Assembly (NCBI GenBank): GCA_964016885.1 | Contig: OZ024742.1 | Span: 281,232,001-281,296,000 of the forward strand | From: Eledone cirrhosa | Lineage: Eukaryota | Length of the DNA: 64,000 nt | Reading direction: 5' to 3' | In this document: positions 63,696 to 64,000 of the stretch, piece by piece | Numbering within the stretch: the first letter of the stretch is position 1 | How the letters are laid out: the number at the start of each line of letters is the position of its first letter | The notes under the pieces: model-generated | The model's database searches: none | Told to the model about the DNA's origin: nothing | What the model saw: only the letters and a program-made list of their open reading frames with translations | Position numbers and translations under genes: made by a program

Positions 63696-64000
63696 GTGTG
63701 TATGTATGTGTGTGTGCGTATGTGTGTCTATGTATGTATATGTCAGTATGTATATACGAATGTGTATGTATACAACGTTTCTGTCAGACTAAGTGTGTCT
63801 ATGTATATATCTCCTCATTGTATTTGACACCACCAACACATCCACCACACCACCATAAACACCATTACCATAAACAACAACACCACACCCACACGACACA
63901 CAATAATCAGCCACAAATACACGCCAATCTGTCTACCGACAATAACCCCCTCCCCCCTTACATCACAGCCCATCTCAGCCTGAGACCGTCACCACCATCT

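Overview
Repeat-dominated, AT-rich animal DNA with no recognisable host protein-coding exon. The tRNA-derived SINE and the extreme (TA)n/(CA)n content suggest a cephalopod such as Octopus (inference). The centre (about 24.6-50.0 kb) is a 25-kb pile-up of non-LTR retrotransposons joined mostly at (TAA)n microsatellites. It holds three Tx1/L1-like APE-RT elements on the minus strand (one with an intact 1139-aa ORF2) and two tandem R4/Dong-type RLE elements on the plus strand. The flanks (1-24 kb, 50-64 kb) hold decayed Penelope-like elements, SINEs, a probable Helitron and many short fold-back elements lodged in (TA)n tracts. The main hidden signal is about 25 type I hammerhead-ribozyme motifs, read by eye, from more than ten unrelated repeat families. 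Many occur as inverted pairs with palindromic helix III, and several have unusual cores (U3-A8 covariation, A4, U10.1-U11.1). All RNA folds are manual, and no activity or novelty has been tested.
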